In this document: one piece after another, positions 50,333 through 64,000 of the stretch
Position numbering within the stretch: position 1 is the stretch's first letter
Layout: every line of letters begins with the position of its first letter
Source: Marsupella aquatica
Lineage: Eukaryota; Plantae; Marchantiophyta
Length of the DNA: 64,000 bases
Reading direction: 5' to 3'
NCBI GenBank assembly: GCA_973895155.1
Contig: OZ316891.1
Location: 7,123,808 to 7,187,807, forward strand
Program-made: the position numbers and the translations under genes
The notes under the pieces: generated by a model
What the model was told of the DNA's origin: nothing
The model's input: the letters and a program-made list of their open reading frames with translations, nothing else
The model's database searches: none

Positions 50333-50970
50333 TAGCCTAATGCCTGTGCATTGCACGAAAGATTTTGAGATGGGGGCAAGATGTCGAGGAGAGGCAAAGA
50401 TGTTGAGGCGAGGGCAAGATGTCAAGGAGAGGGCAAGATTTCAAGGAGAGGCAAAGATGTTGTGGTGAGGGCGGGATGTCCAGGTGAAGAAAAGATAGGA
50501 GGTGAGAGAAAGGTGTTGAGGCAAGGGCAAGATGTCAAGGAGAGGCAAAGGTAAGGAGGTGAGGAGGTGAGGTAACGATGTTGAGGTGAAAAAAGATGTC
50601 GATCAGAGAAAGAGATGTTGAGGTGAGAAAAGGAGGTCGAGGAGAGAAAAGATAGCAAGGTGAGAAAAAGACGTAAAGATGAGGAAAAGATGTAAAGGAG
50701 AAAAGAGAAGCTGAGGGTGACGGAAAGATATTGTAGTGAGATAAAGATGTCAATGTGACCAAAAGGTAAGATGTCGAGTCGAGGAAAAGATGTCAAGCCA
50801 GATGAGAAAAGTTGTGTCAAGGAGAGAAAAAATGTCAACTGTGAGAAAAATGGTCGTGGTGAGATAAAGATGTGAAGGTGAGAAAAAATGGCGAGTTGAT
50901 AGGAAGATATCAAGGTAAGGTAAAGTTGTTGTGGTGGTGTTTTATAACCTGTGCATTGCACATAGAAATT
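50333..50970 (-). mobile_element. Probable non-autonomous Helitron 3' end with a purine-rich degenerate AAAGATGT repeat tract
   Basis: TAGCCTAATGCCTGTGCATTGCACG (50333-50357) reads on the minus strand as a GTGCAATGCAC hairpin followed ~10 nt later by CTAT (a degenerate CTRR). The motif recurs at ~50948 and ~50017. Confidence 0.5.
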
Positions 50971-52547
50971 AGGGATACGGGTCGCAAGATAACTAAAAAT
51001 TAAATCTCCTTCTTAAGAACAAAAGTCAAAATAATTGAATGTGAATATACCCTGCAATCTACTCTACTTCCGCTTAGTGCTTGCTCCCTGCAAAAACCAT
51101 TATGTCAGGTAAATCTTTTCACTTTCATGCTCCATGCCAAAATGTACTCTAAATAGACCATAAAATAATATACTTTCACTTTAATGCTCCATGCCAAAAA
51201 GTACTACACGCAATCTACAAAATAATTACAGTAAAAGATTCAAGTACTCTATGACATAATATATCTACCTTGTACCCATGACTTACAGTCAATTTTAGGT
51301 ACCTATCTCACTGAATCCAAGAGCCTTAAATAATTTTAGAAAATATCTGATGACTGAGCATTGTTTACTCCTTTTTCATTTTTGTAACGGGACTATGAAC
51401 TAAAATTGGCAGGGATTCATTATTATAGCTGAATATTTGAGGAGACATTCTAATTTGACTAGTTTATGAAATACAAGTATTGGAAAATTGATTATAAAAG
51501 TGAGAGAAGTACACTACTTTATGGGCCAGACAAGTGCATTAATTTGAATATACTGGTCAATATACATATATAGGTACAATATTTTATGATTCAAAGGGAA
51601 GTATGTTTAACTTTATTCATTTTCAATTTTCTGCTTTTTTGGTGGGGCTCTCTATTAAGGTGACACCTGTTGATATCCATAACATTGTAAACTTTATAAC
51701 CAATATACATATAAGCTCCACTGCATCAATAAACAGAATCCTAGTTGCTTGATGAAGAGTCAAACCTTCTCATGCAAGTAACTGAAAATGTCACTAAAAT
51801 GATAAATAATATATTGGGAACCTAATAAAAACTAAGTACTCAGAAAAAATTGAACAGGCTCCCAGATTTGACTAAGTTTCAAGTAGTAGATGGCTAAAGC
51901 ATAATTATACCAAATTAACATAAAAATACATTGCAAGCAATTTGAATGAGACAAGGTAGCCAAAGAGTGTCTTGTCATATAGCATATAGACGTCTCAAAG
52001 TTGACAATTTGAAGAGGGTTGAAATTTGAAGTACCTCAACTCCCTAGCTACTGGTTATGGACAGGAAAATTTAGGGACTACAAAATTCATACTCCATAAC
52101 TTTTTGCCATAAGGATTGGTTTTATGTATGCCATTACCATTAGTCATTGTAGAGGGTGGTGCAAGAAAAACAAAAAATAAACTTTTACAGAACCTTGTGA
52201 AAAAGTTATGACCATTCTTTCCGAGTAGAATGTCATCATCCGTAATTTCAAAAGCTTTGAGACGCCCTAATGAAAGCCCAACCCAAAGCTACTCTGTGAG
52301 CCTACTGTATAGAGTGAGGATTTTGGGCAGCCCGTCCCTGGACAGTTATTTGTGGCTCTTCTCGTCCACTGTTTGTCGGATGCTGCCCAAATTGTGTGAC
52401 TCTAACTTTTGGGGTACGAGGTCCCTGGAAAGTCATTTATGTCTCTTTTTGCCTACTTCCCAAATCTTGCAGACTGTTATCTTGATAAGTAGTGTGAATC
52501 AAGAAGTTATGATTGTCCAGCAGACTAAGGATGGAGTGGTAGATCAC

Positions 52548-55500
52548 TGTTGAGCATAGACGACATTCGTAACGGCAAGCCCATGAACCATCCAACGCAC
52601 AAGAGTCGACACAGAGAGATACGTGGTTCACCTCCACATGAGGCTACGTCCACGGGAACATACAAGAGCTTTACTGCACTCTAGGCCGACCGGCCATACC
52701 AAGCATCCACAGCACAAGCTCTTTCTATCTCTCAACTAGCTCCATAACAATGAGCCTTTGTTCCACCAGGGTCTGGCATCAGCCCTGGCTATATACACAA
52801 TAGCACTACCGCTAACATTAGCTAAGTCCTAACCCGAGTTAGACTAACTGTGGTTAGCTCATGAGTCACAAGACTAGAGCAATATCTAACAAACTCCCCC
52901 TTGACTCTTGTCTTGGGGACTGGACTAAATGCTACCATATGGAATCCTCAGCGGGAAGTTCTAGACAATCACCAAACCAGGTCTCCCCCTAAAAACCACA
53001 AGGGTTAACTAAGGGTTAACTAGAACTAAGCCGTAGCCTAACAGGAATGAGTAATCTATATACAAATAGTCACACATTGCTAAATAACTCTACTTGCACT
53101 ACAACTGCAAAACCTGCAAAGTAGCACGGTGTCTTGAGAAACTCTCCAAAGGAATCACTTTGGTAAAGGCATCAGCGGGATCGAGCTTTCCATCAATCTT
53201 GACTAGCTCAAAAGTTTTATCAGACACTGCTTGCCTGATAAAATGGTACCTGATATCAATGTGCTTCACCCTGCTATCCATCACCTGGTTAGCAGCCAAG
53301 TGAAGAGCACTCTGACTATCACAGTTTAGAGTCATTTTTCCATGCTCTAAACCCATCTCCGCAATCAACTTATCCAACCAAATTGCTTCCTTTGCTGCTT
53401 CTGCTGCTGCAACATACTCTGCTTCTGTAGTAGACTGAGATATGCACTTCTGCAAGGTAGATTTCCAACTGATACATCCTCCTCCAAGAGTGTATATAAA
53501 CCCAGTTGTAGATCTCCTTGTATCCAGACAGCCTCCATAGTCAGAATCTACATAGCCAACTAATGTTCTATCTGATCTGTTATCAAATAGTAATCCATAG
53601 TCCTGTGTACCCTTGAGATACCTGAGAATCCACTTCACAGCTTCCCAATGTATGTTCCCTGGATTTGACATGAATCTGCTAACCTTGCCCATCGCTAGGG
53701 CCAAGTCAGGCCTAGTACAAGTCATCAAATACATCAGACTGCCTACTGCCTTCTCATAAGGAATCTTAGCCATCAGACCTTTCTCCACATCATCCGTAGG
53801 AGAGAAAGCCGATGATAACTTGAAATGTGAAGCTAAAAGAATACTCACTGGCTTACAATTTTCCATGTTGAATCGTGCAAGTACTTTCCTCGCATACTGG
53901 CCTTGACTCAAGCACAACTGTCCAGTCTCAGAGTTCCTAAAAATCTCCATCCCTAAGATCCTCTTGGCCTTACCAAGAATCTTCATCCTGAATTCAGCAC
54001 TCAATTTTGCCTTGAGACTATCAACCTCAGATTGATCTTTAGCCACAATCAGCATGTCATCCACATAGATCACCAGAATGATGAAACCAAATACATCATT
54101 CTTGACTGATTTCGTATACACACAAGGATCATACACCATCCTTGTAAAACCTTGAGCAAGCATGAAATCATCAAACCGCTTGTTCCATTGTCTGGGAGAT
54201 TGCTTCAATCCATACAAGGACTTGAGCAATTTGCAAACTAAGTTCTCTTGGCCTTTCTTCATAAAGCCTAGTGGCTGTCTCATGAAGATCAACTCTTCCA
54301 AGTTGCCATAGAGAAAGGCAGTAACAACATCCATCTGATCCATCACCAGACCAAAAAATACAACAAGCTGACACAAGATCCGAATTGTGGAATACTTAGC
54401 CACCGGTGAAAAGACCTCATTGTAGTCCACTCCTTTCTCCTGAGTGAACCCCTTGGCAACAAGCCTTGCCTTGTAGATCTTATCTCCACCCTCTGAAGGG
54501 CTCTCCTTCAACTTGTAAATCCACTTGTTGTCCACCACTTGTTGACCTCTTGGAAGCTCCACCAACTCCCATGTCTTGTTGTCACTCAAAGATTGCAACT
54601 CCCTCTGCATTGTTGCATTCCACTCATGCTTATGCTCTGAAGCACAAGCCTCACTATATGAAGAAGGCTCTCCTTCTTCCAAGATCAAAGCCATGTCATC
54701 TTCATCAGGTGCAATGCCAATATCATCTAGCTTAGATGAGTGTGCCCATTGACCATACCTGGTAGGAGCTCTAGTAGAACGACTGGAAGTTCTTCTAGTA
54801 GATGACTCAGGCTGATCTGCTGCTGCTCCTGGTTGAATTTGAGGTACCCCAGCAACAATCTGCTCCTCTTGTTCCATAACAGGAACCAGCTCCAAGCCCG
54901 GAGCTTCTCCATCTCTCCTGTCATGAACTGCATCATAACTAATCTCCCCCTCAACCCCGTCCGGGATAGGAGATTTCCCCTTGTCAGTATGGGAGTCCTG
55001 AGAACTCTCCCCCTCCTTTGATGATCTGGATTCATTAAAGGACACATCTCTACTGACAATTAGTTTACAGGTTACTAGATCCCATAATCTATAACCCTTC
55101 ACACCTTTCTGATAGCCAAGGAAAATGCACTTCTTCGACTTGGACTCCAGCTTGGATCGAAGCTGGGAAGGTGTAAGCACATAAGCATCACATCCAAAAA
55201 TCCTCAGATGTGAGTAATCTGCTGGACGCCCGTACCTCATTTCAAATGGCGTCTTGAATCCAATAGAATTGGATGGAGAAAAATTTACCAAATAAGTTGC
55301 AGTGTTGACAGCTTCAGCCCAAAACTCATGTGGTAAGCATGATTGACTCAACATACTCCTCGAGCGGTCCAATAGTGTTCGGTTGAGTCTCTCAGAAACA
55401 CCATTCTGCTGAGGAGTATAACTTGTTGTGAGATGGCGGGTAATCCCCTGCTCCTTACAATACGTCCCAAATTCCCTGGAACTGTATTCACCGCCGTTAT

Positions 55501-55765
55501 CCGATCGAAGATATCTGCTACGTCCACGGGAACATACAAGAGCTTTACTGCACTCTAGGCCGACTGGTCATACCAAGCATCCACAGCACAAGCTCTTTCT
55601 ATCTCTCAACTAGCTCCATAACAATGAGCCTTTGTTCCACCAGGGTCTGGCATCAGCCCTGGCTATATACACAACAGCACTACCGCTAACATTAGCTAAG
55701 TCCTAACCCGAGTTAGACTAACTGTGGTTAGCTCATGAGTCACAAGACTAGAGCAATATCTAACA
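52548..55765 (-). mobile_element. Internally deleted Ty1/copia element (copia-2)
   Basis: 3' LTR 52548-52891 plus PPT; truncated 5' LTR 55517-55765; TSD ATCAC at 52543-52547 and 55766-55770. Open integrase-RT-RNase H frame from ~55516 to 53099. Gag, protease, PBS and ~95 bp of the 5' LTR are missing. Confidence 0.95.
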
Positions 55766-56799
55766 ATCACCGAGTAGATCACCTGTGTGGGATCCAAAGG
55801 TTTAGAATTTGAATCTGCCAGTAGGCGCAATGCCTTTTACACGGACCACAACTAAATTTAAAAGAGGGGTTCAAAGGAAGCCTTTTTCAATTAGAAAAAA
55901 GTGACACTTTTTAATATTTGTGGGCAGCAAGCGGATGAAAACAGGCAACGGACAGTCCAAACGTCATAAATGGCATTCCAAGGACTTATCTTGCTGAATA
56001 CTCTAACCCAGGTTATATGTGAAAGTGAAGATGCAAATTGTCGTGCGCACACAGATCGCTACACAACATACATTGCGTGTCACATACAATTAAACATAGA
56101 CGCAAGCACACCTAAGAAAATTAGATACAAGTGAAACTCATGTACACACATGTCCAAAATGAACAACGATCGATGCCAACGACACACACTCGATCACGTA
56201 CACACAAGGGTTGGAGGTCCATTGGGAGTGAATCTACATGTTTGGGTCCATTGGGTGAAATTCTGCATGTTTTGGTCAGTTAAGTAAAAAATTGTGTTTG
56301 GAGGGCATTAAGTATATATGTCAAGAGACATCATAGCAAAATGGAGTTATCCATTAAAGAATGGGGTGAAATGAAGGGCAATTACTCTTGTTAAGCCCCA
56401 AAAAATGCTTAATCATAATTCTTGCTCTGACTCATAGATTGACTCATGAAACTGGATTAGGTCGTGAAGCAATATTCTAAACTCAAAGTTGTCTGATTCT
56501 GGTTGTTTCATGCTGCTCTAGAAAGCTTAGAGCCAAGCACATTATTAAGCCCTCCTGGCGGCCCTTATTTGAACCTGCAATAGCTTCACTTAGAGAGACA
56601 TAGCTCAACAATATACTCACCCCAGTTTTGCCCCATTTGCTACAACTCTAATGAAAGTGTTCAAATACAATTCTTGGCCCTGGAAAAAGCAATGTTAAAA
56701 AAAAGAATGAAACTGTAGCATTGTAAAACCCCAAACCCTAATTACTACCTTTCCTCTTATCTGCGCAATTCACTACACTGCACTCCTATTTCCACAGCA

Positions 56800-57445
56800 C
56801 TCCACCAAGCTCAACGGATTCCAATGTGAGGACGGCGGAAGGAGAAAGAGGAGCTCAAAGTTTTCAGTGGGCGTTCCTTGTTTCCATCCTTTTGTGCACT
56901 TTGAGGAGTTCAAGTTTTCATTGGGCTTTCCTTGTTTCGTTCATTGAGCGCATTTTGAGGAGTTCAAAGTTTTCAGGGGGCTTTCCTTGTTTCCATCCTT
57001 TTGTGCACTTTGAGGAGTCCAAAGTTTTCATTGGGCTTTCCTTGTTTCGTTCATTGAGTGCATTTTGAGGAGTTCAAAGCTTTCAATGGGCTTTCCTCCT
57101 TTCAGTCATTGGGTGCATTATGCTGTATCTGCGCTTCATCGTCGTCCTGCCTACTCTATGTAAAGAGGTGGTTCGCCCCTGCATCCAGAGCACTCCAGGC
57201 TCAACGGATTCCAATGTAGGATGGCGAAAAGGAGAGAGGAGTTCAACGTTTTCACTGGGCTTTCATTCTCTCATTCATTGGGTGCATTTTGCTTCATCTG
57301 CGCTTCATCGTTCTCCTACTCTACGCTAGGTGACGAGGTGGTTCACCCCTCCACCTAGAGCACTCAAGCTCAACGGATTCTAATGTGAGGATGGCGGAAG
57401 GAGAGAGGAGTTCCAAGGCTTCAGTGGGCTTTCCTCCTTTCAGGC
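56800..57445. repeat. Nested tandem repeats upstream of POP5
   Basis: GCTCAACGGATT(C/T)(C/T)AATGT at ~56809, 57198 and 57367; ~55-bp subrepeats GAGGAGTTCAAAGTTTTCA..GGGCTTTCCT between 56848 and 57100. Confidence 0.85.
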
Positions 57446-57572
57446 ATTTTGCCTCGCGTAGTTCAGCTAACTTGTTGTGATTCGGAAGTTTAAGCAGGGT
57501 TCACCTTAGTCTCCGATCACAGTCCGTTTGTTTGCAAGAGGGTCTGGTTTGCGGATCTTCGAGGAAGAGAGA

Positions 57573-58782
57573 ATGGTGGTCTTCAAGAATAGGTACTTGC
57601 TGATGGAGATTTTGTGGTTCGGTACTCCCCTGGCGGAGTCTTCCTCGATTCTGTCCCCGTCGGTTGTCAGTGCGGCCATACAAGAAAGCCTGCAGCTGAA
57701 CTTTGGTGATCATGGGCTCGGCACTTCGCTTCCTTCTTTGCAGGGTCCGTTCCTTTGCCTAGTCACGTCGCCAGTCTCTTGTTTCCATCTACTGCCAGCT
57801 TTGACCTCCTGGCAGACTAGTGGGTAGGGCTTTAAGAAGACTCACTCTCCCATCCTCGCTCTTGACACTTGAGTAGTCATGCAAGATCAAGAACTCTGTA
57901 TTGTATTGTCCTGGCATGTGTACCGGTTATTTCGTTCCTTGATTTGAGATGGCATGGCGTCCTCAAGGATCGATATGGATATTTTTGGTCTCATTCCCCC
58001 AGAGATCGTGTATGCACGCAGTCAGCTTAGATTTTCTCCTGGGTTTGGCTTCAACTGTCTTTTGACGCATGATCAAAGTTCTTTCACAGCGTGATTCATT
58101 ATCGTGAGAATATCCTAGTACAGTTCGTGCCACCTCTGATGAACTGGTTCGAATGACAAGGAAAATGTTTTTCTAAGTGGTTCCGTCATTTATTTTGCTG
58201 CAGTGAAGTATGTCAATCCAATTACCAGCCTGTGTTTGGTCAGATGTAGTCGGCAGGAGTATCAGAAAGTATGGTGTGCTATTTCATTCGTTACCACCTT
58301 ACGAAAGCAGCCGGTTGTCTTCAACCTACTTGATCTTAGTGGTAATTTCTCTCCTTCTCCCCTGCTGTCACAGTCCGTATGACTTTTTACTCAAGCTCTT
58401 CTCCTCCTGGCATTACCTTACCCCACAATGCGGGTGGTGCTAGGTCGTACCGAATGACTGATGGATTGAATAACATCATGTCCACTGACACTGATTAGAG
58501 TGAATAATATCATGTCCACTGACACCATCTGCTGATACCTTTGGAACTATGCTTGTTGTAGAAATCAGCTCCAATACCTCTTAATAGTTTAGTCTCTCAC
58601 CCCTAATACTTGGTCCTCCGGACTCTTATGCAGGCAACATAAAGTCAAGTCAGAAGATCATACCCAAGTGTGAGGCGGAGAAGCTTAAGCATCTCAAGCT
58701 TAAACTTGGAGCATCGTTGGCTTTGGCTCAATTGGAAGCAGCAAATTCTATTGCCCAGAGAGCTGTGGCCATGGAAGGCTAA
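57573..58782 (+). CDS. POP5: RNase P/MRP protein subunit POP5 (Rpp14/Pop5 family)
   Basis: Exons 57573-57744, 58204-58341, 58634-58782 encode MVVFKNRYLLME..NFGDHG..SLQVKYVNPIT..VRCSRQEYQKVW..LLDLSGNIK. Confidence 0.9.
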
Positions 58783-59189
58783 GTGGAAGAAAGTTAAGTG
58801 GTGGCGAGTTGCACAGCACCCACGCTGTTCCGGTTTGGCGTTAATATCCTAACAATGTTCAGATATGACGACATCAAGGGTATGGTCAAGAGCTTGGCGC
58901 GTTAATATCTTAACAATGTTCAGATAAACGTGTAAGCTCTTGCAACCATGAACTGAAGATGGGAAGATTTGGGAATTACGCTGACTCTGAACGCAACTAG
59001 TGCCCACTCCGTTCAGGTAAGAATGTCGCTAATCAGCACCAGATATCGTAGGTTGCAATAGTCTGTTTGAGACGATTGACGATCAGTGTACATCGAAATG
59101 GATTCTTGCACTTGTCCATGCTCTGTTGGCACATGCCAGCATTGCTAGGGACGTCCTTTTTTTAGTTTTCTTTGTGGTTCGTACAGGTA

Positions 59190-59282
59190 AAAGGCTATGA
59201 CGAAAAAAAGTTCCTCTTCGATTATACCCGAAGATGAGACTTCGGTCTATGAAGATTTTATGATTAGTCTTTCGGAGCCTTT
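59190..59282 (+). ncRNA. Box C/D snoRNA candidate A (dual LSU rRNA guides)
   Basis: Terminal stem AAAGGC/GCCTTT; C box ATGACGA 59197; D' ATGA 59234; C' ATGAAGA 59249; variant D box CGGA 59273. GATTAGTCTTTCG is the complement of the conserved LSU motif CGAAAGACUAAUC (rRNA sequence recalled, not searched). Confidence 0.7.
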
Positions 59283-59654
59283 GCTTAACAAGTCACTCGG
59301 GGAACATCTCGCAGTACCCTAGTGATCGGCATCTCATACGTTGCAGCATATGTATAGTTGATGCTTGATCTCCCTCAAAGGTTAACTTGGCTCTTTCCCT
59401 GGAAGATTGTGGATTGTATATATCTTCCGGAGCTCTACAGTAGTTCCATTCCGTCTACAAGCTTAGCCCTGGATCGAGTGGCTTTGGGCTTTGCTTAGGG
59501 AGGATTATGTTTGTTTCTTTTGAACGCCCTCGTGCTTTTGGGCATGAGGACAATTTAGCTACAATTTCTATTGCTTTTCGTCATCCGATTTTCTATCGGG
59601 CAGTCATGTAACATTTGATTCCAGGTGTTAAAATCTCTTGGCAACGTTGTCAAC

Positions 59655-59728
59655 GGTGATGATGAAAGATATTTTCTTGAAGCTGAGGCTTCTGTCTTTG
59701 ACATCGAGGGAATTTATCTTTCTGAGCC
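59655..59728 (+). ncRNA. Box C/D snoRNA candidate B (paralogue of C)
   Basis: C box ATGATGA 59659; guide TTTTCTTGAAG before D' CTGA 59683; D box CTGA 59722; short GGT/GCC terminal stem. Confidence 0.7.
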
Positions 59729-59863
59729 TTCTCAAGGTGCCCACAGTTGTTAGTCGCTTTGGGACCGACTGTCAACAGTGATCATGAAATATTCTCAATG
59801 TGCTGTGGGTCAGTCTTGTGACATGGGATTGCAGTTGTTCAACCACTTGGCAACGACTTGACC

Positions 59864-59937
59864 GGTGATGATGAAAGATATTTTCCCGAAGATGAGGTTC
59901 CTGCCTTTGAAATCGATCATATTTATCTTCCTGAGCC
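59864..59937 (+). ncRNA. Box C/D snoRNA candidate C (guide to LSU CUUCGGGAAAA, the U50-type site)
   Basis: C box ATGATGA 59868; guide TTTTCCCGAAG (59881-59891) before D' ATGA; D box CTGA 59931; short GGT/GCC terminal stem. Confidence 0.78.
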
Positions 59938-60957
59938 TTCTCAAGTGACATTGGATTTGAACACTTAGCCCTGGGCCTGACTGCTATTGATCTTGCTTGA
60001 AGGACATGCTTTTATCTGATCATCTTCGTGCCGTTTGTTTCAGATGGAGGCTCGTTATCTGTTTTGACTGTCTTGACACTGGTCTCAAAGAGGTGGACCA
60101 ATAGTGTGTGAAGAATGTTTCAAGGTAGAGTTGAGACTTTTTTAGTTTGGACAGAGATATGCAGAAAAGTGTATTTTAGGACAGAATGAAGACTTTTATA
60201 AGCAGCAGGTCTTTTCGAGTTTTCCATTTAATATCCATTCGGTGACAATCTGTACTGGCGGTCCTGGTCCCAGACGAGAGCCATCGCATTTGAAAGAGTC
60301 ATTCGAACCAGACAGACGGTATTGCATTGCCCTTTAGATAGATGAAACTTCTCGCGTTTTTTAACAATTGAAAGAGAATGACCAGACGCTTGGTTTCAAT
60401 TGGACATAGTTCTTCCACCCTTCAATAGGAAGAGTTTGGTTGTGGATCGTAAGAATAGTGCTGCACATTCCTCGCAAGGATGATGGCATCATGTCTTTCT
60501 CATCTTTATACAAGTCCCAGTAAAGATCGTTGGAATTGGTGCTGGAAGGTTTCGAATTATATATCAGACGAGGCGGAGCAACACTGTGTTCTAACATGAA
60601 AATGAGTGCTAATGAGATAAAGAATGTCCATCGTCTTTGGAATGCAATCTAAGACCACTTATGCACTTGGACTTGGAAAGGTTCAATCATCTGTAGATCT
60701 GAGCATCTTGTCCTTGAAAGTACTGCTTTCATGTAGAGAACCAACAAGATATTGATTTGTCAGTGAGGCAGAAAACAAAGAGTCCTTTTTTTGTACATGA
60801 TCTGCTCCAAAATTATGGGATTTGTACTAGTCCGAATCTAGAATTTAAGCTAACTTGGAACCAGTAAAGTCCCAAAACCTTCACCCAACACATTTAAGAA
60901 GAAAACTAGTTTTGAAAGAAAGTTATTCTCGCTAGCAGTGACTCCTTTGTCTCCATC

Positions 60958-63676
<2,719 letters not shown>

Positions 63677-64000
63677 CTGTATATCACGTTCCAAAATTTG
63701 TGCATGGATAAGAATGACACCTTATGAAATCACATGTAAACAATTCATTCATTATCAATTGGGTTGCATCAGCAAGAGCATTGCAAACACTACAGGCCAA
63801 GTTTTGTCTGGGCGTGGACACTTAAAATCTTACAACATCTCCAATCTCAAAAGTCAATTGCATTGAAGTTCAAAATCTTCCCTTTGGATTTCTATTTGCA
63901 AATTATTACTTGTTTGCCACAAACAAAGCTGTTTGTTATTTGCATTTTCTAAAATATGTATCACGTTAGGACTCTTTTATTGATGCTTTGCCTAGTTTCA

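Noticed and set aside
50422-50961. 179-aa Ser/Leu/Phe-rich ORF
   Set aside because: Translation of the pyrimidine strand of a low-complexity repeat.
58455-58530. snoRNA in POP5 intron 2 (several CTGA motifs)
   Set aside because: Explained by a 24-bp local duplication; no clean C box, terminal stem or recognisable guide.
60361-60597. 78-aa minus-strand ORF downstream of TPI
   Set aside because: No recognisable domain, and TPI already terminates at 60958.

Overview
Gene-dense nuclear DNA of a land plant. It is probably not a flowering plant; this is inferred only from the intact MenF module of PHYLLO. In order: the 3' 26 exons of a four-module phylloquinone gene PHYLLO (MenF-MenD-MenC-MenH, +); an intronless proteasome assembly chaperone 2 (-); a decayed DNA-transposase-like tract; a full-length but defective Ty1/copia element (20146-28825, TSD CTAGT) carrying two nested insertions (a 285-bp MITE and a 2.1-kb insert with a 161-bp tandem array); an intronless 1223-aa UPF2 NMD-factor gene bracketed by ~850-bp inverted repeats, with a perfect 32-bp hairpin downstream; cytosolic aspartyl-tRNA synthetase (+); ETF-alpha (-) with substitutions in the FAD-binding motif; a Helitron-like low-complexity tract; a second, internally deleted copia (52548-55765, TSD ATCAC); POP5 (+), followed by a probable 3'-UTR intron holding a cluster of box C/D snoRNA-like genes with rRNA-complementary guides; and the 3' exons of triosephosphate isomerase (-). 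The best leads are the POP5-hosted snoRNA cluster, the inverted-repeat-flanked intronless UPF2 and the altered ETF-alpha flavin site. Exon boundaries were read by eye, and no database search was run.
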